Source: an uncultured Spirochaetota bacterium
GTDB lineage: Bacteria > Spirochaetota > Spirochaetia > SZUA-6 > CAVTHK01
NCBI GenBank assembly: GCA_963734495.1
Contig: CAVTHK010000003.1
Coordinates: 160,001-224,000, forward strand
Reading direction: 5' to 3'
DNA: 64,000 nt
In this document: piece after piece, positions 11,768-23,375 of the stretch
How the letters are laid out: each line of letters opens with the position of its first letter
Position numbering within the stretch: position 1 is the stretch's first letter
The notes under the pieces: generated by a model
Database searches by the model: none
The model's input: the letters and a program-made list of their open reading frames with translations, nothing else
What the model was told of the DNA's origin: nothing
Translations under genes and position numbers: made by a program

Positions 11768-11945
11768 GGACATCCTTGTGCTCAGCCCGGGGCCTACGAC
11801 ATCCATGTCGGCCCCGGGCGCGCACGTCCCTGTGCTCAGCCCGGGGCTACGACATCCATGTCGGCCCCGGGCGCGCACGTCCCTGTGCTCAGCCCGGGGC
11901 TTACGACATCCATGTCGGCCCCGGGCGAGCACATCCCGTGCTCAG
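11768..11945 (-). repeat. Tandem array of ~3.3 x 53-54 bp hairpin units with GGA-containing loops (candidate CsrA-binding RNA or REP-like element)
   Basis: GTGCTCAG starts at 11778, 11832, 11885 and 11938. Minus-strand unit: GAGCAC-AGGGAC-GTGCGC-GCCCGGGGC-CGAC-ATGGAT-GTCG-TA-GCCCCGGGC-T. Confidence 0.9.
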
Positions 11946-14253
11946 TACGTGAGGCGCATGTAGAGGCGCGGGAGGACTGCGGGCAGGGCGTCGATGGACG
12001 GCAGGATCGCGAAGCGCCTGCCCGGGGAACATGATCTCCATGTCGGCCCGGCTCGCTTTCTCGGTCGAGATGGCGAAGGTGTGGATGCCCTTGCGCCGGT
12101 TCTCCTCGCAGGCCATGCGGACGTCGAACTGGGCGTAGCGGGTCTCGGGGTCGTAGCCCGCGTCCATCGGCCTGCCGTCGGTGACCAGCAGCACGAGCTT
12201 CTGGCGGCTGCGGCGCGCCCGCGAGCAGCGTCCCCGAGTGGCGCAGCGCGGCGCCGATGCGGGTCGAGCTGCGCGGCGCCGCGCCCATCAGCCTGCGGAT
12301 CGTCTCGGGTCCCCAGGCGGTCGGCGAAGCCCTTGTAGACGTAGTACTCGCAGTTCTCGCGGCCCTGGCCGCTGAAGCCGCAGATCGCGAAGCTGTCGCC
12401 GAGGCCCGCGAGCCCCTGCCCGAGGATCAGGGCCGACTCGCGCTCGATCTCGATGATGCGTCTGCGCCTCCCGCTCCTCGTCCCGGTCGAGCCGCTGCAG
12501 TCCATCAGGATCAGCGTCGCGAGGTCGCGCTTGCGGATGCGCGGCTTCTGGTAGAAGCGCACCGGCGGCGACGGCTCGTGCCTGCGGCTCACGAGGAACT
12601 CCACGAGAAGGTCGACGTCGATCGCGTCGCCGCTCTCCAGCCTCTTTTCCTTGCCGCCAGGTCCGGCTTGAGCCACTCGAAGATGCGCCGCGTCCTCTGG
12701 CCCTGCTCCACCACGCCGGGAGGCAGCCTGGGCCGAGCCGACGGGCTCGGCGGCGATCTCGTGCACGACGCAGTGATCGGGCAGGTAGTCGTGATCGCTC
12801 TGGCTCCACTCGTCGTAGACAAAGCCCGCGCTCCCGGCCGCCGGCGAGCGCTCGCCCGTCGGCTTGCCGTGCGCCGACGACGCGGTCCGCGGCCTGCGGC
12901 CCGGCTCGTCGCGGCTTCTCCCTGGCGCCTTCCGGCGCGTCCCCTCAGGTCCGCGATCGCGGCAGTCCGACGGCGGCGCTCGCTCTCGCCCCGGTAGAGG
13001 AAGTCGGGCAGAAAGCTCACGGGCGCAAGCAGCCTCGCTGCGAGAGCGCCGGCAGCGCCTCGGCGGCCTTCTGCATCGGACCGGCGTGAGGCGGCCGGCC
13101 GTGTCGAACGCGTTGACCGAGGCGGCGATCGTCCGCCGCAGGAGCGCGAGCCCGCCGCGCTCGCCCGAGGCCGCGTCGCCGGCGAGCACCGCGAGCCGGC
13201 CCGCCGCGCCGCCGCGCGCTGCGGCCGCCTCCGCGGCCAGCGCCCAGTCCAGGAGCGGGCGCACGCCCGGCCAGGCGGCGCGGGCGTAGCGCAGCGCGCG
13301 GGCGTACTCGATCACGCTGCGAAGAGGTTCAGCGCGAGCGGGTCGTCTCCCGCACGAGGTCGACGGCGCTGCGGAACGAGGGGTGGCCGTGGATCGCGGG
13401 GAAGGCTTCCCACCTCGTGGAGCGCCGCGGCGCGAGACCGCGGCGAGCACGTACCAGCTCCGGTTGGCATCGCGGCGTGCGGATAGGCGCGCTGCCGCTG
13501 CGGCAGGTGCAGCCTGCCGTGCAGGCACACCGTCGAGGAGCCGCGCTCGGCGAGCCGCTCCTCGTCGAGGCCGCGCCAGGTCGGACGACCTCGACGCGTG
13601 CGGCCGCTGAGCGCCTTGAGCAGCCGCGCGAGGTGGCCGCGACCACGGCCGCGAGCGTGCACTCGCGGCTCAGGGTGCGGATCATCGCCTCGCACCCGGC
13701 CAGGCGTGCCCTCGAGGAAGCGCTGGGCGGTCTTCGGGGTGGCCGCCCTGCATGCGCGAGCGCCTCTTCGACGTAGCGGTCGATCTCCGCCGGGCCGAGG
13801 CGCTCGACGAGCCTGCGATAGCCGCGCAGCAGCGCGAACGCGAGCTCGTCGCCCGCCTCGGCGCGCAGCCTCTTGAGCAGCCTCATGAGGTGCGCGATCT
13901 CGTCGGGCGTGCGGCCGAGCCCGCCCTCGCCGAGGAGACGGAAGAAGGTCGTCCCGTAGTAGATCCGCGACTCGGCGAGCTTGCAGCCCATCTCCGTCAC
14001 GTCGGCGAAGATCGAAGGCAGCGACACGATCCAGCGCGTCTCGGGGTTGAGGGCGCGCAGGAAGTCGTAGAGGACGTGGTCGAAGAGGTTGCGCTCGCTG
14101 CGCTTGAGCAGGTCCAGGAACCGGCGCGTGACCGCCTCGTTCTCGGGCCCGAGCAGGCCCTCGTCGAACAGCGAGCCGATGACGCGCTCGAAGACGCCCC
14201 GGTAGCCCCAGCAGACGCCCTTGAAAGGAGAACCCCTCGAAACGGGCGCTCAC
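11942..14253 (-). CDS. NorD/CbbO-like VWA-domain protein (heavily frameshifted)
   Basis: [37 protein letters not shown] (MIDAS), [18 protein letters not shown] and [13 protein letters not shown], typical of the NorD/CbbO C-terminus. Confidence 0.75.
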
Positions 14254-14299
14254 CCGGCCTCCGCGCGGGCCCGGTCGCTGCCGGCGGGCCCCCCGCCGG

Positions 14300-15168
14300 G
14301 CGCTGGGCCCGGTCGGGCCGTCGCCGGTCGGCGAGCGCCGGGAGCGCGCAAGCTCTCCGAAATGCAGGCTCACGACGCCCTCGATCGAGTCCATGATCTC
14401 GTGCTCGTCGGTCAGGGTCTGGCTGATGGCGCTCCGGCACGCGGTGAGCGCGTCGAGGCCGGACCTCATCAGCCGGCCCACGTACACGAGCAGGCGCGAG
14501 CTCACCCCTTCTTCCAGCCCGAAGCCCTTGAGCTCCCGGAGGCGCGCGCCCATCTCCGCGAGCCTGCGGCTCGTGTCGGCGTCCAGGCCCGTCTCGCGTG
14601 CGCACGATCTCGGTCTCGATCTCCACAGGCGGATGGTCGAATACGAGGCTCGCGAAGCGCTGCTTGGTGGACTGCTTGAGGTCCTTGACGATGCTCTGGT
14701 AGCCGGGGTTGTAGCTGAGCGCCATCATGAAGGCCGGCGTGCGCCCGCACCACCTCGCCGGTCTTGTCGATGTAGAGCATGCGGCGGTCGTCGGTGAGCG
14801 AGTGGATGACGACCGTCGTGTCCTTGCGCGCCTCGACGATCTCGTCGAGGTAGCAGATGCCGCCGTAGCGCACCGCGAGGGTGAGCGGACCGTCCTGCCA
14901 GACCGTCTCGTCGTCCCGCAGCAGGTAGCGGCCGACCAGGTCGGAGGCCGTCAGGTCTTCGTGGCAGGACACGGTCACCAGGGGAAGGCCGAGGGCATGA
15001 GCCATGTGCTCGACAAAGCGGGTCTTGCCGCACCCGGTCGGCCCTTTGAGGATCACCGGGATGCGGGAGGCGAAGGCGGCGCGGAACACCTTCTCCTCCT
15101 GCCCGTGGGGTATGTAGTTGGGCGCGAAAGGGCACCCGGAAGCGCTCGAGGTACTCGGTCCTGTCCAC
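14300..15168 (-). CDS. CbbQ/NirQ/NorQ (MoxR-class) AAA+ ATPase (frameshifted; 3' end approximate)
   Basis: [65 protein letters not shown] and [12 protein letters not shown]. Confidence 0.9.
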
Positions 15169-15331
15169 CCCACACGATTACACCCGCGCGGCCCGCAGAG
15201 GCAAGCGCCGCCCGACACGGCGCCCTGGTCCCGAGTCCTCGAGGGAATGCGGGCCCCGCCGGCGCCAGGCGCCCTGGCCCAGCGTACTCGCTGGGGATGG
15301 CAAAGCCGGCGGGCGCACCCGCCCCCCAGGC

Positions 15332-15360
15332 TTGAATCCGGTGCGGCGGGGCGATAGACT
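15332..15360 (+). promoter_or_regulatory. Putative sigma70 promoter of the hybrid kinase
   Basis: TTGAAT-N17-TAGACT, 11 nt before GTG 15372. Confidence 0.45.
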
Positions 15361-15371
15361 CTGGCTCGCCC

Positions 15372-17295
15372 GTGAACGCACCCTTCCCTTTCGACAACGA
15401 GCTGCTCGCCGACGTCGTGCGCCAGGCGACCGAGTCGATCGTCGTGACCGATCTCGACGGCAACATCGAGTACGTGAACCCGGCCTTCGAGCGCGTGACC
15501 GGCTACGCCGCCTCGGAGGTGCTCGGCCGCAACCCGCGCGTCCTCAGGGCCGAGTCCGCCGCCTACCCGCAGTCGTTCTACGCGGACATGTGGCGGACGA
15601 TCAGCGCCGGTGAGGTCTGGCGCGGCGAGTTCACGAACCGGCGCAAGGACGGCACGATCTACGTCGAGGAGGCGGTGATCTTTCCGATCCGCGAGGCACC
15701 GTCCGGGCCGGATCACGCGTTTCGGCGCGGTCAAGGCGGACGTGACCCGGCGCAAGGAGCTGGAGGGCCGGCTCCGCGAATCCTACGACGAGATGGTCGA
15801 GGCTCAAGGAGCAGGCCGAGCAGGCGAACGCGGCCAAGAGCGAGTTCCTCGCCCACATGAGCCACGAGATCCGCACGCCGTTGAACGGGATCATCGGCTT
15901 CCTCGAGCTGCTGGCGCGCACGCGTCTGGACGACACCCAGGCCGACTTCGTGCGGCTCGTCCGCCGCAGCGCGCAGAACCTGCTGGGAGTCATCAACGAC
16001 GTCCTGGACCTGTCGAAGATCGAGAGCGGCAGGCTGGAGCTCGAGCAGGTCGGGTTCGACCCGCGCCAGGAGCTGGAATCGATCGTCGACCTCTTCAGCT
16101 CGGGGGCGAGCGAGAAGAGCATCCATTTCTACTGCTTTATCGACCCGGCCCTGCCGGCGCGCCTGATCGGGGATCCGCTTCGGATCAAGCAGGTGCTCGC
16201 CAACTTCATCAGCAACGCGCTGAAGTTCACGCCCGAGGGGCGGCTGGTCTCGGTCGAAGTGCGGGTGACCGGGTCGAGCGGCGGGCGCTGCCGGATCCTC
16301 TTCTCGGTCGCGGATGAGGGCATCGGGATCCCCAAGGACCGGCAGCGCACGATCCTGGAGGCTTATACCCAGGGGGACAGCTCGGTGAGCCGGAAGTTCG
16401 GGGGCACGGGTCTCGGGCTCACCATCAGCCAGCGGCTGATCACGCAGATGGGGAGCACGCTCGAGCTCGAAAGCGACGAGGGCAAGGGCACCCGCTTCAG
16501 CTTCGAGATCGAGCTGCCGATCGCCGACGCCGGCAGGAGCGATGGCGGCAAGAGGCTGCGCGTCGCCCTGGCGCACGGCGGGCCGCCTCCGCTCGAGCGG
16601 CTGATCCGCGAGTACCTCGAGGGGCTCGGGTGCGACACGGTGCCCGTCGGAGATCCCGCCGAGGTGCCGCACGGCTGCGACGTGATCGTCATGGTCCACA
16701 CGGGCGGCGACCGCGACGGCGCGAGGGCGTTCGCCGCCACGGGCGTTCCGGTGGTCGTCGTCGCGGAGCCCGCGCAGAGGGCCGAAGCCGACACGCTGCC
16801 GGTCGCGAGGGTGATCTATACTCCGTTGCACGGATCGCGCCTGAACGAGGCGCTGCTCGCGGCCAAGGGGGCCGGCGGCGTCGAGGCGCCGCGGGAGAGC
16901 CGGCCTCGCGGCGCTGCCGCAGGCGCGGGGCCGGGCGCTCGTCGCCGAGGACAACGCGGTCAACCAGAAGCTGATCGGCTACATGCTGCGGGCGGCCGGC
17001 GTCGAGGCCGACATGGCTGCCGACGGCGAGCAGGCCGTCTCCATGTTCGCCTCGGGCAGCTACGACATCGTCTTCATGGACGCGAGCATGCCGGTGCGTC
17101 GACGGCCTGGAGGCCACCCGGCGCATCCGGCTCCTGGAGCGCGAGCAGGGGCGGTGGCACACCCCGATCGTCGCGCTCACGGCCCACGCGGTCAAAGGGG
17201 ACCGGGAGCGGTTCCTGGCGGCCGGGATGGACGACTACCTGCCCAAGCCGATCGACGTCGACGCCCTCGCGCGGCTGCTCGCGCGCCGGCTCTGA
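15372..17295 (+). CDS. PAS-domain hybrid histidine kinase/response regulator (frameshifted)
   Basis: PAS ([12 protein letters not shown]), H-box [11 protein letters not shown]-box NALKFT, G-boxes DEGIGI and GGTGLGL; receiver AEDNAVNQ...FMD...LTAHA...GMDDYLPKP. Confidence 0.9.
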
Positions 17296-17328
17296 GCCGC
17301 GGCTGCCGCCGCGAGTCCTCCGGGGGCG

Positions 17329-17807
17329 TCAGGCCCCGCGCGGATGGAACGACTTCTTCTCGAGCTCCCTGATCTTGTCGACCTTGGGCTGGGAGCGCCC
17401 GCCCTGGAAATCCGAAGGGCAGCCACGCATCGACGATGGACTTCGCGAGCTCCGGCCCGATGACGCGCGCGCCCATCGTGAGCACCTGCGCGTCGTTGCT
17501 CTTGCGCAGACGCTCCGCCGAGTACACGTCGTGCGCCGTGCCCGCGTAGACTCCTTCGACCTTGTTCGCGATGATGGCCATCCCGAGGCCGGTCCCGCAC
17601 ATGAGGATCCCCCTGTCGAAGTCTCCCGCGCGGATCCTCGAGGCCAGGTTGTATCCGATCTCCGGGTAGTCGGCCTTGCGGCTGCCCAGGGTAGTCGAGG
17701 TCGGTGACGTCGACACCTTTCGCCCTGAGGTGAGCGACGATCTCCTTCTTGAGCTCGATCGCGGCGTCGTCGCAGTCGATCGCGAGCCGCACCTTGTTCC
17801 CCGCCAT
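17329..17807 (-). CDS. rpiB: RpiB/LacA/LacB-family sugar-phosphate isomerase (frameshifted)
   Basis: [38 protein letters not shown] and [10 protein letters not shown]. Confidence 0.8.
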
Positions 17808-17903
17808 CAGCGCCCCCTGTTGCGGCCAATGTAGGGGCGCGCGGCCGGCGCGTCAAAGGCGGCCGGGGCGGTGCGGGGCGGTGCAGCCGCGGCCGCGGGG
17901 CGC

Positions 17904-18823
17904 CTACTTCACCTTGACCGTCGTCTCGACCGACATCCCCGGCACGAGGACCGCGCCGGCCGGGATGCCGTCGAAGGTTATCTTGACGGGGATCTTCTGC
18001 GTGATCTTCGTGGACTCGCCGATCGAGAAGGGCGGCGGCACGATCGCGGCAGCCACCTGGGCGACGCGCCCGCGGAACCTGAGCTGCGGGTACGCGTCGA
18101 CCCGATCCGGACCGGGTCGCCGGGATGGATCATGCGGATCTTCGTCTCCTCGTAGTTGGCGACGACCCAGACGTCGCTCAGGTCGTTGATCGAGGAGGAT
18201 CGACTGCCCCCGGCTGGACCACCTCGCCCTGCGAAAACGAGCGCCGGGCCACGACCACGCCGGAGATCGGCGCGGTGATCCTCGCGGCCTGGATCTGGGT
18301 CTCCACGACCCCGAGCTGCGCCCTGGCCGTCTCTACCTGGGCGCCGGGCGATCGCGTGCTGCGCCTCCGCGGCATCGAGGGCCTTGGCCGCGTGATCGTA
18401 CTGCTCGGCGGAGGAGTTGCCCGAGCTGAAGAGGGCCTTGGCCCGCTGGAAGTCGTTTTTCGCCTTCTCGAGGTTGATCCGCCGTGAGGTTCAGGCTGAG
18501 ATCGGCGTTGGTGACGGAGGCCGAGAGCTGCGCGGCCTGCGCGCGCAGCTCCGAGTCGTCGAGCTGCACCAGCAGCTGGCCGGCCTCGACGCGGGTCCCT
18601 TCGTCGACCGGCAGGGACGGCGATGCGCCCCATGATTCGCGAGCTGACGGACACGTGAGCGCCGTCCACCGCCGCGTCGTCGGTCGCGACGTAGCGGATC
18701 GTCCAGATCCAGTACCCGATGCCCGCCCGCCGCCGCGAGCGACCAGGACCAGCAGGACGATCGTGCCGACGAGCGACCGGGCCGCCGGTGGTCCTCCGGC
18801 TTCGGCGAGGCCGACCTTTCCAC
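17904..18823 (-). CDS. HlyD/EmrA-family membrane fusion protein (frameshifted)
   Basis: [47 protein letters not shown] and [11 protein letters not shown]...[13 protein letters not shown]. Confidence 0.8.
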
Positions 18824-18857
18824 GACTGAGAATCCTCGCCCCGCTGGCGGGCGAGAC

Positions 18858-20823
18858 CTATCCGGCGCGATGTGCGTCGCCACTGGCTGCCCCCGTGAAC
18901 TGGCTGTAGTAGAGCTCGGCGTAGAACCCGCCGCTTGGAGCAGCAGGTCCTTGTGATTCCCCATCTCGATGATGCTGCCGTTGTTCATGACGAGGATGGT
19001 CTCGGCGTCGCGGATCGTCGACAGCCGGTGCGCGATCACGAAGCTCGTTCTCCCCTTCATGAGCTCCTGCATGGCCTTCTGGATGTGGACCTCGGTCCTC
19101 GTGTCGACGCTGCTGGTGGCCTCGTCGAGGATGAGGATCGCGGGGTCGGCCAGGATGGCGCGCGCGATCGTGAGCAGCTGCCTCTCGCCCTGCGAAAGCG
19201 TCGAGGCCTCCTCGTTCAGCACCGTACTGTAGCCCTCCGGCAGGGCCCTGATAAAGTGGTCCGCGTGGGCGGCCCTGGCCGCCCGCACGATCTCCTCGTC
19301 GCGTGGCTCCCTCCCTGCCGTAGGCGATGTTCTCCCTGATGGTCCCGTTGAAGAGCCAGGTGTCCTGGAGGACCATGCCGAACATCGTGCGCAGGCTGCC
19401 GCGCCGCAGGTCGCGGATGTCGATGCCGTCCACCGTGATCCTGCCGGAGTCGATCTCGTAGAACCGCATCAGGAGGTTCACCAGCGTGGTCTTGCCCGCC
19501 CCGGTGGGCCCGACGATCGCAATCGTTTGCCCCGGCGCGACGTCGATGCTCATGTCCTCCATGAGCGGGGCGTCCGGCGAGTAGCCGAACCTGACGTGGT
19601 CGAACTTGACCGCGCCCCGGGGCGAATCGATGACCCTCGCGTCCGGGGCCTCGGGGACCTCCTCGGTCTCGTCGAGGAGCTCGAAGACCCGCTCCGCCGA
19701 TGCGATCGTGGATTGCAGGATGTTGGCGATGCTCGCGGTCTGGATGATCGGCTGCGTGAACTGCCGCGAGTACTGGAGGAACGCCTGCACGTCGCCGAGC
19801 TCGATCAGCCTCTTCGTGACGTATATGCCGCCCATGACGGAGACGATCACGTAGCCGATGTTGTTCACGAACCGCATCATCGGGAAAGATGAGGCCCGAC
19901 ACAAACTGCGCGCGCCAGGCGGCGCGGTAGAGCCGGTCGTTGATCTCGCGGAACTCCTGCACCGACCTCGCCTCGTGGCGGAACGCCTTGACCACCTTGT
20001 GGCCCGTGTACATCTCCTCGATGTGCCCGTTGAGCTCCCCGAGCACCCGCTGCTGGGCGACGAAGTGCTTCTGCGAGTGCGCGGGCGATCGTCGAGGTGC
20101 CGACGAAGGACATCGGGCAGGGTCACGATCGCGATGACGGTGAGCATCGGACTGATGGACAGCATCATGACGACGACGCCGAGGATGGTGCAGACCGAGG
20201 TGATCAGCTGCGTCATGCTCTGCTGCAGCGTCGAGCTGATGTTGTCGATGTCGTTGGTGACGCGGCTCATGATCTCGCCGTGGACGTGGGAATCGAGGTA
20301 CTTGAGGGGGAGCCGCGCGAGCTTGTCGTTGGCGTCGCGGCGCATGTCGAACACCGTGAGCTGCGAGACCGCCGGCCATGATGTTCTGCTGCACGAAGCT
20401 GAAGAACGGCGCTGGCGAGGTAGAGCCCGAGCAGCGCCGCGAGGATCGACCCGATGTACTTGAAGTCGATCGTCGGTACCGTCTGGTGCATCCGGTGGGC
20501 CGCGATCTTGGCGATGATCCCGTGAAAGAGCCTGGTCGTGGCGTTGCCCATGATCTTGGGGCCGAGGATGCTGAACGCCGTGCTGAGGACCGCGAACACG
20601 ACGACCGTGACGATCTGAGCGGTGTGCGGCCTCAGGTAGACCATGAGCCTCTTGAGGGTCCCGAGGAAATCCTTGGGCTTCTCGAGCGACGACCGCGAGC
20701 GGACCGCGGCCGGTGAACGCGCCCATGCCGCCCGGCCGCCCGCCGGGCGGTCTGCCCGAAGAACCCGGGCGCCGTCGCCGGCCGCGCCGCGCCCGCCGCT
20801 TCCGGCCGTCGGTCCCCGCTCAC
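18858..20823 (-). CDS. ABC exporter, fused permease/ATPase, subunit B of a heterodimer (frameshifted)
   Basis: [47 protein letters not shown] and IAHRLSTI. Confidence 0.9.
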
Positions 20824-22547
20824 GAGAGCTCCTCCTCCGAAAGCTGCGACGCGACGATCTCCTGGTAGACGCGGCAGGTCCGGTAGAGGTCGCGGTGCGT
20901 ACCCATCCCGGCGATGCGGCCGTCGTCGAGCACGATGATCCGGTCGGCGTCCATGATGGTGGCGACCCTCTGTCCGACGATGATCACGGTGGAATCGGCG
21001 GTTCGGCTCTTCAGGGCGGCGCGCAGCCTCGCGTCCGTCCTGAAGTCGAGGGCCGAGAAGCTGTCGTCGAATATGTAGATCTCCGGCCGGGCTACGATCG
21101 CGCGGGCGATGGAAAGCCTCTGCTTCTGTCCGCCGGAGACGTTGGTGCCGCCCTGCGCGATGATCGCGTCGTACCCCGCCTCCATCGCGTCGATGAACTC
21201 GGTCGCCTGGGCGATCCCTGCCGCCTCCCGCATCTCGGCGTCGCTCGCGTCGAGCTTGCCGTAGCGGATGTTGTCCCCGATCGTGCCGGAGAACAGGACC
21301 GTGGCCTGCGGCACGAGCCCGATCCTGGCGCGCAGCTCGTCCTGCTTGATCTGGCGCACGTCCACGCCGTCGACCTCCACGGAGCCGTGCTGCACGTCGT
21401 AGAAGCGCGGGATCAGGTTGATGAGCGTCGACTTGCCGGAGCCCGTGCTCCCGATGATCGCGACCACCTCTCCGGGCCGGGCGGAGAACGAGATGTTCCT
21501 CAGCGCCGGCTCCTCGGCGCCCGGGTAGCGGAAGGTCACGTCCTTGAACTCGATGAGGCCCCTTCGCCCGTTGACACCCGCGCTCATCGGGGGGTCGACG
21601 ATCCCGGGCACCGTCTCGAGGACCTCGTTGATCCTGGCCGCGGATGCCTGCGCCCGCGGGATCGTGACGAACATCAGCGAGGCCATCATGAGCGAGAACA
21701 TGATCTGCGTCGCATACTGCAGGAACGCCATCATGTCGCCCACGTTCGTGGTCCCGTGCTCGATCCTCACGCTGCCGAACCAGACGACGGCGATGGCGGT
21801 CAGGTTCATGATCAGCGTCATGATCGGCATCATCGAGGCGATGAGCTTTGTCACGGCGACGGTGGTCTCGGTCAGGTCGACGTTGGCGTCGCGGAAGCGC
21901 GCCTTCTCGTGGTCGATGCGGTCGAACGCGCGGATGACCCGCATACCCGTCAGGGTCTCGCGCAGGACGAGGTTGATGCGGTCGATCTTCTTCTGGATCG
22001 CCTGGAACAGGGGGAAGGCTTTCGTCGCGAGGATGACGACCACCGCGGCGAGGAGGGGCAGCACGACGACGAACACCCAGCCGAGCTGCCGGTCCTTGGA
22101 GATCGCGAGGATGATGCCGCCGATGCACGTCGTGGGCGCCATGATCATCTGGCGCATCATCATCAGCGTCACCGACTGGACCTGGGTGACGTCGTTGGTC
22201 GTCCGCGTCACGAGCGACGGGGTCCCGAGCCTGTCGAACTCACGCAAGCTGAAGGTCGAGACGTGCGTGAAGATCTCGTCGCGGAGGATCCGGCCGTAGC
22301 CCATGGAGACCTGCGACGACAGGTACATGCCGACGACCGCGCAGACGGTCCCGCCCCCGGTCACGAGGAGCATCAGGCCGCCGACCCTCACGATGTAGGC
22401 GATGTCGCCGTTGATGATCCCGGAGTTGACGATGTCCGACATCAGGTTGGGCAGGTAGAGCTCGGCCATCGCCTGGGCGAACACCAGGACGATCACCGCG
22501 ATCACGGCAATCCTGTACGGCCTCAGGAACTTCAGCAGCTTGCCCAC
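20820..22547 (-). CDS. ABC exporter, fused permease/ATPase, subunit A of a heterodimer (degenerate site)
   Basis: SLVTRTTNDV, GSTGSGKST, VSGGQKQR and YIFDDSFSALD; probable GTG start at 22547. Confidence 0.92.
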   Translation of the reverse strand: MGKLLKFLRPYRIAVIAVIVLVFAQAMAELYLPNLMSDIVNSGIINGDIAYIVRVGGLMLLVTGGGTVCAVVGMYLSSQVSMGYGRILRDEIFTHVSTFSLREFDRLGTPSLVTRTTNDVTQVQSVTLMMMRQMIMAPTTCIGGIILAISKDRQLGWVFVVVLPLLAAVVVILATKAFPLFQAIQKKIDRINLVLRETLTGMRVIRAFDRIDHEKARFRDANVDLTETTVAVTKLIASMMPIMTLIMNLTAIAVVWFGSVRIEHGTTNVGDMMAFLQYATQIMFSLMMASLMFVTIPRAQASAARINEVLETVPGIVDPPMSAGVNGRRGLIEFKDVTFRYPGAEEPALRNISFSARPGEVVAIIGSTGSGKSTLINLIPRFYDVQHGSVEVDGVDVRQIKQDELRARIGLVPQATVLFSGTIGDNIRYGKLDASDAEMREAAGIAQATEFIDAMEAGYDAIIAQGGTNVSGGQKQRLSIARAIVARPEIYIFDDSFSALDFRTDARLRAALKSRTADSTVIIVGQRVATIMDADRIIVLDDGRIAGMGTHRDLYRTCRVYQEIVASQLSEEELS

Positions 22548-22769
22548 CGACCACCGTCCCCCGGCACCGGGCGACCGGCATCCGGTGCGCCGGACGCCGA
22601 CGGTGTAGCATACCCCGAATCGCGCCCCCGTGTGAGCAGGGGGGCGCCGGCGCCCTGGACCGAACCCGCCGCATTTCCCGCGCGCGCGGCGCCTGCCGTG
22701 CCCCGCCGGCGGCGGCGCTTCACGCGGCTGCCGGGCCACCCGGGCAGTTGCGCGTCCGCGCCATATCGG

Positions 22770-22783
22770 TTATGAATTCTCAA
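22770..22783. promoter_or_regulatory. AT-rich imperfect palindrome upstream of rubrerythrin (possible Fur/PerR-type operator)
   Basis: TTATGAATTCTCAA in a GC-rich background, about 20 nt before the ATG. The regulator assignment is inference. Confidence 0.25.
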
Positions 22784-22802
22784 GTACAAAGGGAGGTCTT
22801 TC

Positions 22803-23375
22803 ATGGAGCTCAAGGGATCCCAGACCGAAAAGAACCTGTTGGGGGCGTTCGCCGGGGAGTCCCAGGCCCGGAACAGGTACACGTATTTCTCCTCCAAGGC
22901 GCGCGAGGAAGGCTTTATGCAGATCGCCGCGATCTTCGAGGAGACCGCGAACCAGGAGAAGGAGCACGCCAAGCGCTTCTTCTCCATGCTCAAAGGCGGC
23001 GACGTCGAGATCGTGGCGGCGTTCCCGGCGGGAGTCGTCGGAAGCACCGCCGACAACCTCAAGGCTGCCGCCGGCGGCGAGAACCACGAGTGGACGAAGT
23101 TGTACAAGGACTTCGCCGAGGTCGCGCGGAAGGAAGGGTTCGATTCGGTCGCCCGGCTGTTCGACGCCATCTCGGTGGCTGAGAAGCAGCACGAGAAACG
23201 TTACCTCGGCTTGCTCGCCAACGTCCAGAACGGCAAGGTCTTCAAGAAGGACAAGAAGGTGGTGTGGCGCTGCACGAACTGCGGGTACCTGCACGAAGGT
23301 CCCGAGGCGCCGGCGGCCTGTCCCGCGTGCGCGCACCCTCGCTCTTACTACGAGGTGCTCGGCGAAAACTGGTAA
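22803..23375 (+). CDS. rbr: Rubrerythrin
   Basis: TEKNLLGAFAGESQARNRY, EKEHAK and EKQHEK di-iron ligands; C-terminal rubredoxin-like CTNCG...CPAC; GGGAGG RBS. Confidence 0.95.
   Translation: MELKGSQTEKNLLGAFAGESQARNRYTYFSSKAREEGFMQIAAIFEETANQEKEHAKRFFSMLKGGDVEIVAAFPAGVVGSTADNLKAAAGGENHEWTKLYKDFAEVARKEGFDSVARLFDAISVAEKQHEKRYLGLLANVQNGKVFKKDKKVVWRCTNCGYLHEGPEAPAACPACAHPRSYYEVLGENW

Noticed and set aside
11768-11945. CRISPR array
   Set aside because: The units are contiguous and near-identical with no unique spacers, and no cas genes are in the window.
11670-11945. M-box/Mg2+ riboswitch upstream of mgtA
   Set aside because: No recognisable M-box sequence; the region is a tandem hairpin repeat and a candidate promoter lies only 15 nt from the ATG. 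An Rfam scan would be decisive.
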